Shown: positions 29,455 to 42,207 of the stretch, piece by piece
How the letters are laid out: each line of letters starts with the position of its first letter
Numbering within the stretch: the stretch's first letter is position 1
NCBI GenBank assembly: GCA_964304625.1
Contig: OZ199840.1
Coordinates: 3,275,189 to 3,339,188, forward strand
Length of the DNA stretch: 64,000 bases
Source: Kudoa neothunni
Lineage: Eukaryota > Animalia > Cnidaria
Reading direction: 5' to 3'
Program-made: the position numbers and the translations under genes
The notes under the pieces: generated by a model
What the model was told of the DNA's origin: nothing
Database searches by the model: none
Seen by the model: the letters and a program-made list of their open reading frames with translations, nothing else

Positions 29455-32369
29455 ATGGTGGGGAAGAAGGACCTTATAACGTTACTCATTGGTGTATCAC
29501 GTACATATAAATACCTGTGTTATTTATTTACAAAAATTTAGTTACAGCTACCCATTTGGCAGCCGAAACTCCAGCCGCTACTAGAGAAGTTTTCTATCAA
29601 ATCGACGCCTCCCATTCATCCAATAGAAAAATTCACATTGAATTAAAAGGAACAGAATATACAAATGAAAGGAAATGTCGAATAATGCGAGAAAAAGCTG
29701 ACGGAAGTGCCTTCGAGGAGATTAACACATGCCAGAGTAACGAGGCTGATAATAGCGGCAAATGTGTAAGGCCTTGTGCTGGAAGCAACAACAAACTGGA
29801 ATATTCAAAGCTTTCGCCGAGAGTAAAATACCTATATATAAAAGATGGAAACGCTGCCGGCCAAATAAACGCAGAAACTCATAAAAGAGGAGGAAATGTT
29901 TTTGGGCTCGCAATACGTAAGATAAATATTTGATATATAAATTTAATATATATTTAGCACTTTTGGTAGACCCCAATATAAAGGCATCCACACATAGCGA
30001 TTATTCATTGAAGTTTATTGTAAAAACTTGTAAGTCAATGGCATGCCCCATTTATTACAAGGGAATAAAATACAAGGATATCACTGCAATAGACAGTTGC
30101 GCAACATCTAGAAGTGCGATTGATGATCATTTGTTTGAATATGGGCAAAAAATCCCTTATTATGAAGTGAGATGCAGCGATTACCCAATGTTCTATTACC
30201 ATATGCCCAACACTTATATGAAAGAAGATATCGATATTTATAAGCCTCAATTCTATGTTAAGTACAAATCTAGTCTAGAAACAACCAAATATTATCTTAA
30301 ATTCACTAATCCATTACCGAGTGAAATATGTCTTTTTGGAATAAGAGATGGAGCGGATGTTTCTAATGCCGCCGATCGGCCAGCTTATATTTCAGATTGC
30401 GGTGGGACCAAAAAATCATGCTATGCTCCATGTGACGACGTAGAACTCAATCTAAATCCTACTAAGCCAATCGTGGATATATTAGTTCAGACTAGGCATC
30501 ACAAATTAGAAAAAAATACTGATCATTCATATGAGGGATATACTTATAAAAAATTTGGTAATAATAACGATTATCGATAATTTATAATTTTTTTAGCTAT
30601 CATCGAACTAACTGGAGCCGAAAATGCATTTATATCTAATACGGATACCGGAATTAAGATAAATATGCCATTACTTGCACCAACTACTGCGGGTGCCGCT
30701 GTTGTTGCTTTTAATCAATGTAAAATCAAGTACTATATTGCAGACACTGTCAAAAATCCGGCATTGATCAATGCACAATGCTCATCTAGTCAAAATTGTC
30801 CGAGTGAATGTAGCGCTGTTAGGACAATTCAAAATTTACCCGAAGGAAAACACATTATGTTAGAAATTGCTCCAAGCAGTATAACTAATTATGCGAATTT
30901 TAAGGAATACATTTTCGTCAAAACAAGTAATAAAATAAAATTAATTTCTTTAAATTTTTTGCATAAGATAAAAATTCGGAGAAAAATTTCAACACCGCTA
31001 AGCCAAGCGCAACAGATACGACTTCTATAATAAAAGCAGTCGACGAAACTCTAGGAACAGAATCAACTGAGCCAACATGTGACTACTTCGTTAGTAGAGC
31101 TGGAAAGAATATTTTCGTTGAAGCAGTATGTGCGGATAGTAATCCTTGTAGAGGTTTGTGTAAGGAACCCAAAACGCTTATCGATCTCGAGCTCAATACT
31201 ACCTATGACATCAAGGTGGTCGCTTATTCGGACTATGGTTTCACCATATTCACTGACATTAAAACAAGTATAATAATTATTATACTTAACGTGTTATTTA
31301 CAAATATGGTAGAATTTTCGACTCTGACACTCACAAAAAAAATATTAGACAAAGGTTTTAAGTTGGTCGGTACTCTGTCAACACCAAAAAGCGATGCAAA
31401 ATGCAATTATAAAATTACAGCAAAAGATGGAGAAACGTGGGGGACGGTTTATTCGTGTCCTGCTGAATTGTCCAGCTCAGCATTACCGACAGTGTTAAAC
31501 GATGTTGCAGTTGTTAACATTGCTAGGTCCGGTTCAGGACAGCAGCCATCAGTAACTAAGTCTAACAACATTGCGACATGCACTGAAGTACCAACCTGTA
31601 ATAATATTGTATTCAGTGATGGTTATGATGCTTCAAAGGAATATAAAGTTTTGGTCACTGCAATTGACCGATCCGAAGAAACTCCTATTATCATTCAACC
31701 AAGTAAATTTAATATCAATATTGTAATACTTAATAAATAAATTTATAAATAATTACAACGTTTTTATAATATTAATTCCAACCTGTGCATATAATAATTA
31801 TTTAGAACCAATAGTTGAAACTCCAACCGATTTGACCAAAATAATATTAGTTTATATTGTACGTGATGAGAAGACATTAAAGATAACGACCACATTGCCT
31901 GTTGGCAAGAGTGAAGAATCTAGGTGTAAGTGGATATTGATTAATTCAAGTGATGTTGCAAGGCCAACCGTAAAAAAATGTATCCGTAATACAGATGGCG
32001 ACTGCACGGCACTTCCAAGTTGTAAAAGCTTCACAATTGAAAATGTCGAAGATCTAAACGATTATCATTTAATTGTATATCACAGCGGGGATGAGTCTGT
32101 ATTGGGAACAGCTGAAATAGAACAAGGTAATTACACGCGTAATTCTTATTTAAATAGTATTATAGGAGCAACTGGAAGTAAATCAACGTAAATTAAACTA
32201 TTACCTTTATATAATACATTAATTATTTTTTAGATCTAGAAATACCACAATGTATTTTGGTGTGTATGATAATACATTAATATATCATTTTAGTATCGCA
32301 ATATCGGTTGTTGCAGCGATTGTTGTGATTGGAGGAATAGGAGCATTCATTGCATTCAGGAAAAAATGA
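29455..32369 (+). CDS. Type-I surface membrane protein, paralog B (about 825 aa)
   Basis: Same 10-exon structure as paralog A with an intact frame. Different leader (MVGKKDLITLLIGVSLTATHLAA); identical TM and tail. Confidence 0.9.
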
Positions 32370-34418
32370 TAGATTCTATTAAATTAACTTTTATTAGAAA
32401 CACACATTTATTTTATTTATTTTTAACTGAGTCCAATTAGAAATTATATAGTCTAATATTGATTTTACTGTAGATCAAACAAAAATTTAGAACGAGTGAC
32501 ACATTTAATCCATTCGCATTATCTATTTATATTATGGTTTTAATTTTATGCATCATAATTTTATTTAATTCTCCATGTAATTAAAAGGTTGTTGATTTGT
32601 TTATCTTAATGCCTAAATTACGTTATTTAAATTTCATTATGTTTGTGTTAAATTTAATAATTAAAATAACATAAATTCTTTCCTAATTCTATCTATATTT
32701 AGAAATATTGGAATATTTATAATTACGTAAAATTCAACATTACAAAGTTTTAAAATGTATAAGACTCGAATTTTCATTGACGAGCATTATTATTGAAACA
32801 GCCTTTTAACTGTCTCTTAAAAAAAAACAATCATTATCTCATAAAAATTCTAACACTATTTAAAAACGATTTTTAACAAAAAAATAATGGAGACAATTAT
32901 GTAAAAGAAATTAGTGTTATATACTTCTCGGTAAAACAGTGTTTCTCAATATCGTTGGTCCACGTAATCCCGATTAATTAGGCAAACTGAATAAGAACAC
33001 TAAAGTATATTAACCATATATATTTATAATATTATTGTTCCAGACTTATGTTAGTAAAGAAGACCTTTTTTAGAGCTAGGAATTTACACCATACCCTTTT
33101 TTTGAATTAAATCCTTCTCACAAACCCCCGATATTAGTGCGCGGATTTCATATTACGAAAAATTGTTTTAATGCGTTAAAATGTGCCCAAAATAAAAACA
33201 AGGTAACGCTAACGAATGGGGAAACAATCCTTAGATAAAGTCTGTAGTCGACAGAAAGGCAAAGTTGATCAGAATCAACGGAAGGGAGGTTTCACTATAC
33301 ACATACTACGATACTACAATAGGCAACCGATAATAATCACTTTCATCGATACGACATATTCAAAGTTTATATTAGGTGAACCGTTTTATAATATTGTTGT
33401 GATTGTAGAAAGGTCAAAGTCTTAAAACTACTTTTAGTTGAACTAGGAAATTTCCAATCTGTTATATCACGCGACTAACCGATAATACGCATTTTTTGGG
33501 CCAAACCACATAGATTAAATTGTTTTAATTGAAAACGAGGATAAAATTTTAATTCCTAAGGTTGAATTTTTGAACAAATAGAATAGTGTTTTGAGATAGC
33601 TACAAAAAAATTATCATTTCATGCGAATGAAAATAGACTAAACTTTATTTCAAGACAATTAAAGAATGATATAGATGCACATAACTAAAGATTTTAAGAT
33701 TAAGATATAAAATATTTTTTTCATATTCTACTGAAAAATGAGTAAGAAATAAAAAGTATTATAATTTTTCAGAACGGACTATTCACTAAATTTTATCACA
33801 ATGTAAAGATAAAAATATTTTACCAATAAATATGTTTAAAACAAAAATATCGAATTATTTTTCAGCCGAATAATCTTAATAATGTGTTTTTATTATTCTA
33901 ATTAAATGAAAGGTGTAATAAACATTCTGAAAAATTAAGAAAACACAAAAAATAATAAACGCGCACGCAGTTTTAGTGCGTATTATCGGTTGCAACGTTT
34001 AATACGCTCTTTTTTTGATGGTCCTAAGGGGATTACGTCTTATCGGTCGCCTACTGAATAAAAATCATTCAGCGACAAAAAATGAGTTGATCAGAACAAA
34101 CATTAATTATGTAATATAGAAATCACTCGGCGACAAAAACAGTTGATCCGAATAATATTACAGGGTTATATGGAGCTTTAAATCCCATGTATTTTAAAAA
34201 TAATTAAAAACGGATTCTTTACGTCGTCGGGAATTATTTCTCTTAAGTACACGATTGTTGTTTTATTCCCACAAACAATGACTATTGACAACCCTCATAA
34301 ATTGAAAAGTGTATACACTGTTGATACAAAAATCCGAAGAGACCAAAAAAGAGTAACATAGAAAATACACAAATAGTAAAATAATAATCATATTAAAATA
34401 GCATGAGCAACGCATCCT

Positions 34419-36208
34419 CTAGATTTTCTCCAAATAGTTTCCGGGGACAGAACCAGTATTGGCCCCAAGTCTGGCGACAAACCAGCCATCACCTCCCTCT
34501 TCAACTACTTCAACGACATCGCCAACTGCAATGGTCAATTCGTCGTCCAGAGATTTTTCATAGGCGTACAAAACTCGAGCTTAGTTTAAAAATTAGTAAG
34601 AAATATATCATGAAATTATCAATTACCTTTATAGAGGAAGTTCGAAGCAGGAACTCCGGATGGGGCAGGAGGAGGTGGGGGAGCAGGGACACTTGCACTA
34701 GGGCTGGAGCTTGGAGGGGGTGGTACAGATGCGTTAGAATCTAGATCAATAAAAGAGTTGAATACCGATGACGATCCCCTCAACCCTGTAGTAGTTCTCA
34801 TACCTGACGTGACTGTACTTTTTGGAGTAGGGAATTTCAGAGGGTTTTGATCGTCGATCGCACTTTGAGATTCCACATTGGGTTCTTCATGAATGGAGTC
34901 GATTCCTCGACTGTTAGCGCTGGAATAATGAGTGTCGGAGGTGTTATTGTAATCTTCGTATTTTCTTACATTCAAAGACAATCCAGATAAATTTCCTGAG
35001 GTAGAAAATGATCATGCAAACTCACTCAACCATAGTAACCACGAAAATACCACTAAAAATGTCCTCATCGACAGAGTCTGTATTTTCGACGGTCAAAGTG
35101 TTCTGATATTGTTTTCCTTGCAACATACTGTTGTAGATATCTTCGGAGATATCATTAGGAGCACTAGCTTTGATTGTGAGACTGTTTCTTTTACGGAATG
35201 TGCTATTATTCTACAAATGGTTAGATAAAGAGTATGTTGATAAAACACAAAGTATACTTTAATAAGAAGAGTTCCTTTGTGTGCAGAGGCTGACTTTTGT
35301 CTGGTGCCTCTGGTGCTTGATGGGCGACCACCGCTGGTTGGAACACTTAGGGTAGGCAGATTGGTAGGTGATGGAGTGGATTCAGTTTCTTCGGTACGCC
35401 AGAAAGAACTTTCACAATTAGGATCGATATCAAGTTCATTGAGTGCTTTGAACATAGTGCTTTTGATAGAGGAAGGAACGTGGAGTTCGACAGTGGTTGT
35501 TTTGGTGGCGGGAACTTTAGATGAATGAGTAGCGCCATGTCCTTAATAATTAAAAAAAATAAATAAATCCAGCGATTTCATCATAGCGAGAGTGGACATA
35601 TCGCAATTAAAGCCATTAATTACCGACGCCATCGTAACGAGAAATGTCTAACGAAGTGTTCTTAGCTTTGTTAATAACAAAAGGTTCGCTTGGTAATACA
35701 ACATTGGAGGCGTGGGGTTTTTGTTTGACTATGGTTCTTTCACCAATAACTTTTCTGTTACCCAATTCACGATATAGCTTCACCTCCTTATAATAATTAA
35801 TAATAATAATAATAATTAATAATAATAATAATAATGTAGTTACAAACACGAATACATAAACTCGCCACAGATAAATACATAAATATATAAATACACAAAT
35901 ATGTGTAAATATAATTGTATTAATTAATAAAATTGAGTCAGCCTTACCAACAACAATTCACCAACATCATCTGATAACTTTTGAACGGAATCTCCATGTA
36001 GATTAAGCAAATTAGTGGTCTCCAAACAAAGTGTTTCAGTGTGTTTGAGCAGATTGGACAGCGAATCAATACATCCTTGATAGACCGCATTGTATACCGA
36101 TACCGAAGGTTGTTTGGAATATACATCTTCTAAATTGTTGGCATTATTTGTGATATCGGCAGCGATAGTTGAATAATTTTTAATGAGTGCATTAAATTTG
36201 GAGTCCAT
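34419..36208 (-). CDS. ABI: Abl interactor (ABI)-like protein of the WAVE complex, with C-terminal SH3 domain
   Basis: N-terminal coiled coil; LYRELGNRKVIG (compare HREKVARREIG) and LDISRYDGVGHG (compare IDYSxLDDxGHG); polyproline; SH3 ARVLYAYEKSLDDELTIAVGDVVEVVEEGGDGWF..GSVPGNYL. Confidence 0.8.
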
Positions 36209-36533
36209 GGATCTTTATAAAATTGACAATACCAATTGAATTGAATGTGTTCACCGACAATTTACAAAACTCCAATCAATAAACTGGATTATCACAAAAC
36301 TATTGATAAGATGGTGGATTAGATTTTAAGATTAACAATGTCCGACGATTAACGACACATTTATATGTCAATAATTTACACTATTGATTAGTTGAGAATT
36401 AAGATATTGAATATTATTGTGGAAAATAGTTTTTCTCAATTATTTACATTCAAAAACAATCTAATCAGTCCATAGAATCAAATTAATTAAGTCATGGCGA
36501 CGCCGCAGCCGCATCTACGTAACTATATAAACT

Positions 36534-36546
36534 TGCGCACTGCGTA
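36534..36546 (+). promoter_or_regulatory. NRF1-like motif in a bidirectional promoter (ABI / orphan ORF)
   Basis: TGCGCACTGCGTA in a small GC island between head-to-head genes. Confidence 0.45.
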
Positions 36547-36653
36547 TGAGCCGTCGGATAAAAAACTGCAAATTCGTGTGGTGTTTTGGTCTTAGATTTT
36601 AAGTTTTTTTTCGTATAGTAATACACACTTTGTTGTTTTAACGTTGGTGAACG

Positions 36654-37409
36654 ATGAATTCTAACTTTAATTCGAAATTAGTTGTTGAAAGTGGATGTGA
36701 TGATGGGTGTCTTGGTTGTCAGGTAGTAGCTCAAACTACTACCGATAACGTTGAATGTTCTGGTCGAAATGACCGCAACAGTCAATCAGTTTTACATCAT
36801 CTATTATGTCCATTGTATGAACAACTAAATAGCAATTGTTTGCTGTTGTCTACCACTCCAATTTCAACACCCGAGTGCAATAGCAATGGCAATAGTCTGC
36901 AGGAAATTTCATTCGAAGTTGCTTCTAACAGGTCGTTTATGAATGATGAATGCTTTGATAATGAGAAAATTTCTGATTGCTGCTCATATGGATGCTGCCT
37001 GCTGGAAGAAAACATCCTCAATCACACAATGATAACTGACGACGAAAATAATTCTGCTGTTGATGTTGTTGGCATTGACTATGGAAAGAAATTTTGTAAT
37101 AATAGAATAAGTAGAATTAGCTTTCCTCCACCTTCAACACATTACGAACCCCAGATCACCTGGAGGTACACATTTCCTAGCGAGTGTTCAAATAATATTG
37201 TTGATTTGTCTATGTCTTCGAATGACAAATACAGCTTGAACTGCAAACGAGATGTCTTCCGCACAAATACTATCTTCGGTAACAGCTACATCATGAAAGA
37301 CTATGAACAAGATTTGGAACGCTACAGGCAATGGTTACTCAACTCAAAGGCGCCGATGTCCCAAGAAGAACGATCCTCACGTCGCCGTAAACCAAGAAAC
37401 GATCATTAG
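36654..37409 (+). CDS. Intronless hypothetical protein (251 aa; Cys/Ser/Asn-rich, basic C-terminus)
   Basis: Long ORF with coding-like GC content downstream of a promoter-like island; no family recognised. Confidence 0.65.
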   Translation: MNSNFNSKLVVESGCDDGCLGCQVVAQTTTDNVECSGRNDRNSQSVLHHLLCPLYEQLNSNCLLLSTTPISTPECNSNGNSLQEISFEVASNRSFMNDECFDNEKISDCCSYGCCLLEENILNHTMITDDENNSAVDVVGIDYGKKFCNNRISRISFPPPSTHYEPQITWRYTFPSECSNNIVDLSMSSNDKYSLNCKRDVFRTNTIFGNSYIMKDYEQDLERYRQWLLNSKAPMSQEERSSRRRKPRNDH

Positions 37410-37702
37410 CGTCCTTTGTCTACTGGTTGACCTCTTTTGTACTCTAACACCCCTGTTTTTATGCCTGTTATTGTTGGATATTTGTTGTTTGTTGGTTTTT
37501 ATGCTATGCGTTTTGCTTGCTTATCTTAATTCAATGCGCTTTGATAATTATTTTAAATAAATCGCGGTAAAGTGAAACGAATTAAATAAGGAGACTATTT
37601 GAATGGATTAGGAATTTTAGATAGGCTAACTTGATGTTTGAGTTAGCAAGAATACGACGTATCTCTAATGTTAATAAATCTCGTACGTTGCTAAAATGAT
37701 AG

Positions 37703-38556
37703 TCAGATATCTTCTGATAAAATAACTGTTATGTCGGCGTTGGAATTTGGAAAGTGGTCCTTTTCGTTAGGATGGACGTATACTGTGGCATCTTTTATAA
37801 AAAAGGTGTTAAAGTTGAATCGAGACGAATCAAGTGCTGTTTCTATCACACAATACTCTGCCACACACCCACACACATACACGTCGGTTATTAGATTGTC
37901 CAGAAGAATACCGAGAATAGGGCTCTTTTCGATCTTTAAATTGTCCTGAAAGGCTGAATATGATTCCAACCATGGATTCATACCTTTTTCCACTATATAA
38001 ACTTGTTGGGGTGAATTTTTAATCTATAATAAACAAATATTAAGATGGTTAATTGTACAACAATTATACTATGTGAAGAGAAGATGAAAACTCGGCGCCT
38101 GAACTTCCAATTATACAATGAACAGGCCATTGAGTTGTTTTGGTTCTTATACTCCCAAGTTCAAGGGGAAGTTGAAATAAACATGTCTCAAACATTTTAA
38201 CATCGTTTTTACCGTCACCATCAACCGACACACCGTTATACTGTTTGTAATTGGTGAAAAACGAAATGTGCGAAGGGGGATGCCAATCTTTGGTGTACAC
38301 CACGACATCAAATTCTTTCTGTTTGTCCTTTAGTAGCGAATTTATATTTTGAATGACAGAAATGTGGTCGTCCTTAGTTGCTAGTGACCCTGTTAAAAAA
38401 TCGTTCTGAACATCCACCACAATAAGACATTTTTTTGTTTCAGTATTATTCTTCTACAAAAACGGATTATAACAGTTGCTTCAATTTAATGTTTAATAGA
38501 ATGAACGTCTTAAAGTTTTTGTTAATAGGAACCTTTATATATTATTTGATACGCAT
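37703..38556 (-). CDS. Nicotinamidase/pyrazinamidase (isochorismatase family)
   Basis: CLIVVDVQNDF, DWHPPSHISF, WPVHC..GSSGAEF, EKG..ESYSAF, VYVCG..EYCV.ETALDS. The 5' end (ATG at 38556 plus a 2-nt microexon) is tentative; the secure part is 37703-38453. Confidence 0.92.
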
Positions 38557-38949
38557 TTATTGTTACAGCCAATATAATAATTTTTTATAATAAATTATAT
38601 AATTGTTTAAAATAAATATTTGAATTCTATGCTATGTAATCATTTAGTTTACAGAATAAATTTTACTCAAAATATTATATGATTATTAAAACTATTAATT
38701 TAGAATCTATTAGTCAAACATGGGACGACTGTATTCAACTTTTTAATTGGTTAATTTTTGTTGAAAAAAAGGAAAAAACGATAATGTAACTGTAAGTTAA
38801 TTTAATGTGGGTACATAAATAATTAAATTAGTTAAAAATACTATTTTTTGATGATCAGAACAATGAAATTACACAATGATCTTTTTATATGTCTATCATT
38901 TGAATTATTTTAAAACAGAGAGAAACCACAAATAATAATTTTCGTTTAA

Positions 38950-39716
38950 TCAATCTAAATAAATGAGAAATTCAATCTATTTAATATTATTAACTCGTTC
39001 GTTATGCGACTGTATCTATATTTATAGGCTGAATTAATTACCATGGTAATCCAGTATTTAATCCATTTGAAAATAATGTCCCGATCAAATGTGAGTCTAC
39101 CCTACGCGAAATAAATTAAATATTGATTCCAAATAATATCAAATAGAATACCCAACTGTTTTCTAGCACTTTCCTAACGGATGTGACACAATTTGGGAGG
39201 TAATCTGACAAAATCTTGGTATATTTAAGTTGTTTTTCAATTTCAGTGGAACTATGCCTGTAACTAAATATTTTTAAATTTTCAGCACATTCAATTAATG
39301 TATACTGTCTGTAGATTTGTTCAATTTTTTCAACCATTGTGGAGATCATCTGATAATTATCACATCCATACATTTCCACATTATCCATCCCAGCAGAGGA
39401 TTCCATGTTAGATACAAACTTTTAGGTAGATTTATAACTAAAATTTGACCAACTAGAGTTTCGTTGATATTCGTATTGTACACTGACAACAAAATATGGC
39501 TGAGATTTGTAGGGATTAATTCGAGTTTACCTTATCGGGGATCTACAAGAATCTAGGCAAGTCTATAAATATGCCTGAGTTATAATTAAATTATGCCAAG
39601 AATTCATAAATCTGGCTTAAATGAATTTTCAACTGTTGGTATGAATTTTTAGTCATGCATGCGGTCATAAATGTTATCAACCTCTTTTTAGGCGGGAAGA
39701 AATTGTTTATTGACAT
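38950..39716 (-). CDS. Hypothetical multi-exon protein (possible extra 5' exons up to about 40028)
   Basis: Open frame MSINNFFPPKKRL...ENSW|GRLTFDRDIIFKWIKYWITM|IEFLIYLD* using short introns, one of them GC-AG (39596-39563). No family recognised. Confidence 0.5.
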
Positions 39717-40584
39717 GGTCAATAATTATATATATATTGGATTAGAACAAAAATTAAACCTGTAGTTAACGGCGCATCTAGATTCATTTCTGTTTCTTCG
39801 TCCCTACCATTTAAGACTTGGGAGGACAACTTTGCATCATTTAGCAAAAAAAGCGATTATAAAATGGATTTTTTAGGTGCTTAAAATATTTCTACTAAAA
39901 ATTGCGTGAAAAAGTAAAAATGGGAGCTTATTTTAACAAAAAACTGTAAATAATATAAATACAACCGATAATAAAATAAATGCTTACCTTTTTTCTTGTC
40001 CTTGTGAGTAATAATTTAGTCGTAACATTAATGTCGAATAGATTAAGATGCGTATAAATCATAATTTGTAAACGAACTACATAATTAATATTTTAGTGAA
40101 AAATATCAAACGGGAATATTTGCGCTTGCGTACAATAGATCATTTATAATTTTTTTGGTTATAATCATAAATTTAAAAATAACGTTACGAATATAAACTT
40201 GCGAATAAATATTGTATGTGAAGTTTTAATTTATATAATTTTTTTGTATGAAAATTTTCAATAATCCAACCACAAAATCTAGAAAATTTAATTATGATGC
40301 TAATCAATATTATATTTTTCCATTTTTGTGGCTTATTGAAAAAATGTACAGTACAACTTTTAAGAATTCAACCAATTTCATGAATTTTATGCTTCGTTAA
40401 TCCTTTCTATTAGAAGAAAAATTTTTAAAATTTATTTAATTTGAACCATTTATGATTTTATTCAAGTAATTTGTTAATAAAAACAAAGAAATAAATTACC
40501 ATTTTTATTTTTTATATTAATAAATAGAAATAATAGCTTGGCGAAGTTAATTAATATTCATTAAAATTTATTAAATCACTATTC

Positions 40585-41182
40585 TTAACCAGACTTATTT
40601 GAGCTTCGAATGCGCACGTTATATGCCTTCGAGACTCTGATTACGTACAAAGCATACTCAGTCATACAATTTGTGAATGGGAGTTTCTGGAATTCAAAAT
40701 TCCTGTTGCGCGAGCGTACGCGTGTTATTGTTTAGAATTTACCGTACCAATAGCCATTTCCTTTTTCCCAGTATTTAACATTTACCTTGCAATTTTTAAG
40801 GCCCATTTTATGTAATATTTAAGAAATCTGCATTAGCCTACGCATTAGTAAAAATTACCGAATACAACTAATATCAGCATCTGCTTACTGGTGCCAGTGT
40901 TCATCATTTGTCGTATTGAACACTTTCAGTTAATGTAATACAGAAACAAATAATATCAACAATTAAAATAAAAATATCAGAATAATCATAACTGATTTAA
41001 TTTTATTTATTGAGGATTCAAGCAGAACATCGGACGAAAGTAGTCGATGGTTATTCTTGCCTTTCTCAGTTGTTAGTTAGAATACTTTAACCGTTAATAT
41101 CCAAGAAATTATAGTCATTTACAAAAAACAAAGCATATCGCAATATTAAAGCTACGACTGCACCATAAATCTATTGAGCCAT
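40585..41182 (-). pseudogene. Possible small spliced gene or pseudogene directly downstream of QCR9
   Basis: Several GTAA..AG introns of 21-40 nt join into ...RFLKYYIKWALKIARKWLLVRNFEFQKLPF...SG*. The 5' part reads MAQ*IYGAVVALILRYALFF with an in-frame TAG; the model is incomplete. Confidence 0.3.
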
Positions 41183-41259
41183 TTTGTAAACGAAAAAACT
41201 GCTTAAGAAATTCAAATTTATCAAAAAGTCAAAAGAATGAATCAGTTAATCCAAAATTT

Positions 41260-41496
41260 TTATTTTTGAAGCTCCTTCTTCACAAAATTTGGATGAATAT
41301 CGAGGAATAATTTCTAGAGAAGATATGAAAAGATCGACAAGCAACAACTTACTCCCTTGTTGTATTCTGCCCATAAATAGTTAATTCCTCGATTTATCAC
41401 GAGATCCATCATAAATGTAGTCAAACATATTCCGAAAATCATTCCGGACTGGCCTTTGAAAAACACTTTGTACATAAATCTACTGTAGGCGGACAT
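41260..41496 (-). CDS. UQCR10: Cytochrome bc1 complex subunit 9
   Basis: MSAYSRFMYKVFFKGQSGMIFGICLTTFMMDLVINRGINYLWAEYNKG|KLFLDIHPNFVKKELQK*, one 39-nt intron; matches the QCR9 pattern (Y..LF..S....I......N.GKLW..I). Confidence 0.82.
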
Positions 41497-41528
41497 AGCA
41501 GATATTCAGAATATAGTGTTAGTGTGCG

Positions 41529-41540
41529 CGCGCTTGCGTA
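41529..41540 (+). promoter_or_regulatory. NRF1-like motif about 33 bp upstream of the QCR9 start
   Basis: CGCGCTTGCGTA; NRF1 is an established regulator of respiratory-chain genes. Confidence 0.5.
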
Positions 41541-42207
41541 TTTAAATTCAAATGAGGACGTTGCTTTTTATACGCTTAACTCCGATGCGAATTTGAAATC
41601 GATTGACTATTTGTTGATAATATAATATGTTTTTATTGAGATAATTTTAGTTATAGAATGAAAAACCTAATTGAAATTTTCGTAGTACTCCTCCCTTTTG
41701 TTTGAACAATAAAATTATACGTGTTTGCATTAAAATTTTATTCAATATTTATAACATATACATACATTACATCATTTCCTCCATAAATTTATAAAATTAA
41801 TAAATTTAGAATAAAAAGATCAGCAAAATAATTGAAAAATAAGTAAGTTTTAACAAATTTTAACTAAATCTCATTTTGTTTTTGTGTTATAATCAGCGTT
41901 GACGACCCAATTTGAACATCTAGTAAATTCTGTTCGAAACAAATCGGTCAATTCAAAATTTGTTGTAAAACCAAACTAATATTTAATATAGTTAATGACC
42001 GGCTTTACGCACTTTTAAAAATCTCATTTTTTTACAAAATCTATCATGAACAAGTAAATAATATATTTAATAATACATTTATTTATGAATTTCAATGAAA
42101 GAACTTTATATGATCCTAAATTTTGCGATACAAGTATCACATGATTTACCAATTTTACACACCTTTCTGACTCAATTTGGCTTATAGTTTTCATAAAAGT
42201 GACCTAA

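Noticed and set aside
40591-40706. U1-like or Sm-class snRNA on the + strand (ACTTATTTG start, AATTTGTG Sm-like site, terminal hairpin)
   Set aside because: Too short for U1, lacks the U1-70K and U1A loops, and the same bases read as a plausible last coding exon on the minus strand.
41000-41182. PIG-U-like N-terminus (ALILRYALFF...LSSDVLLESSI)
   Set aside because: Similarity is weak, there is an in-frame stop, and there is not enough space for a full PIG-U.
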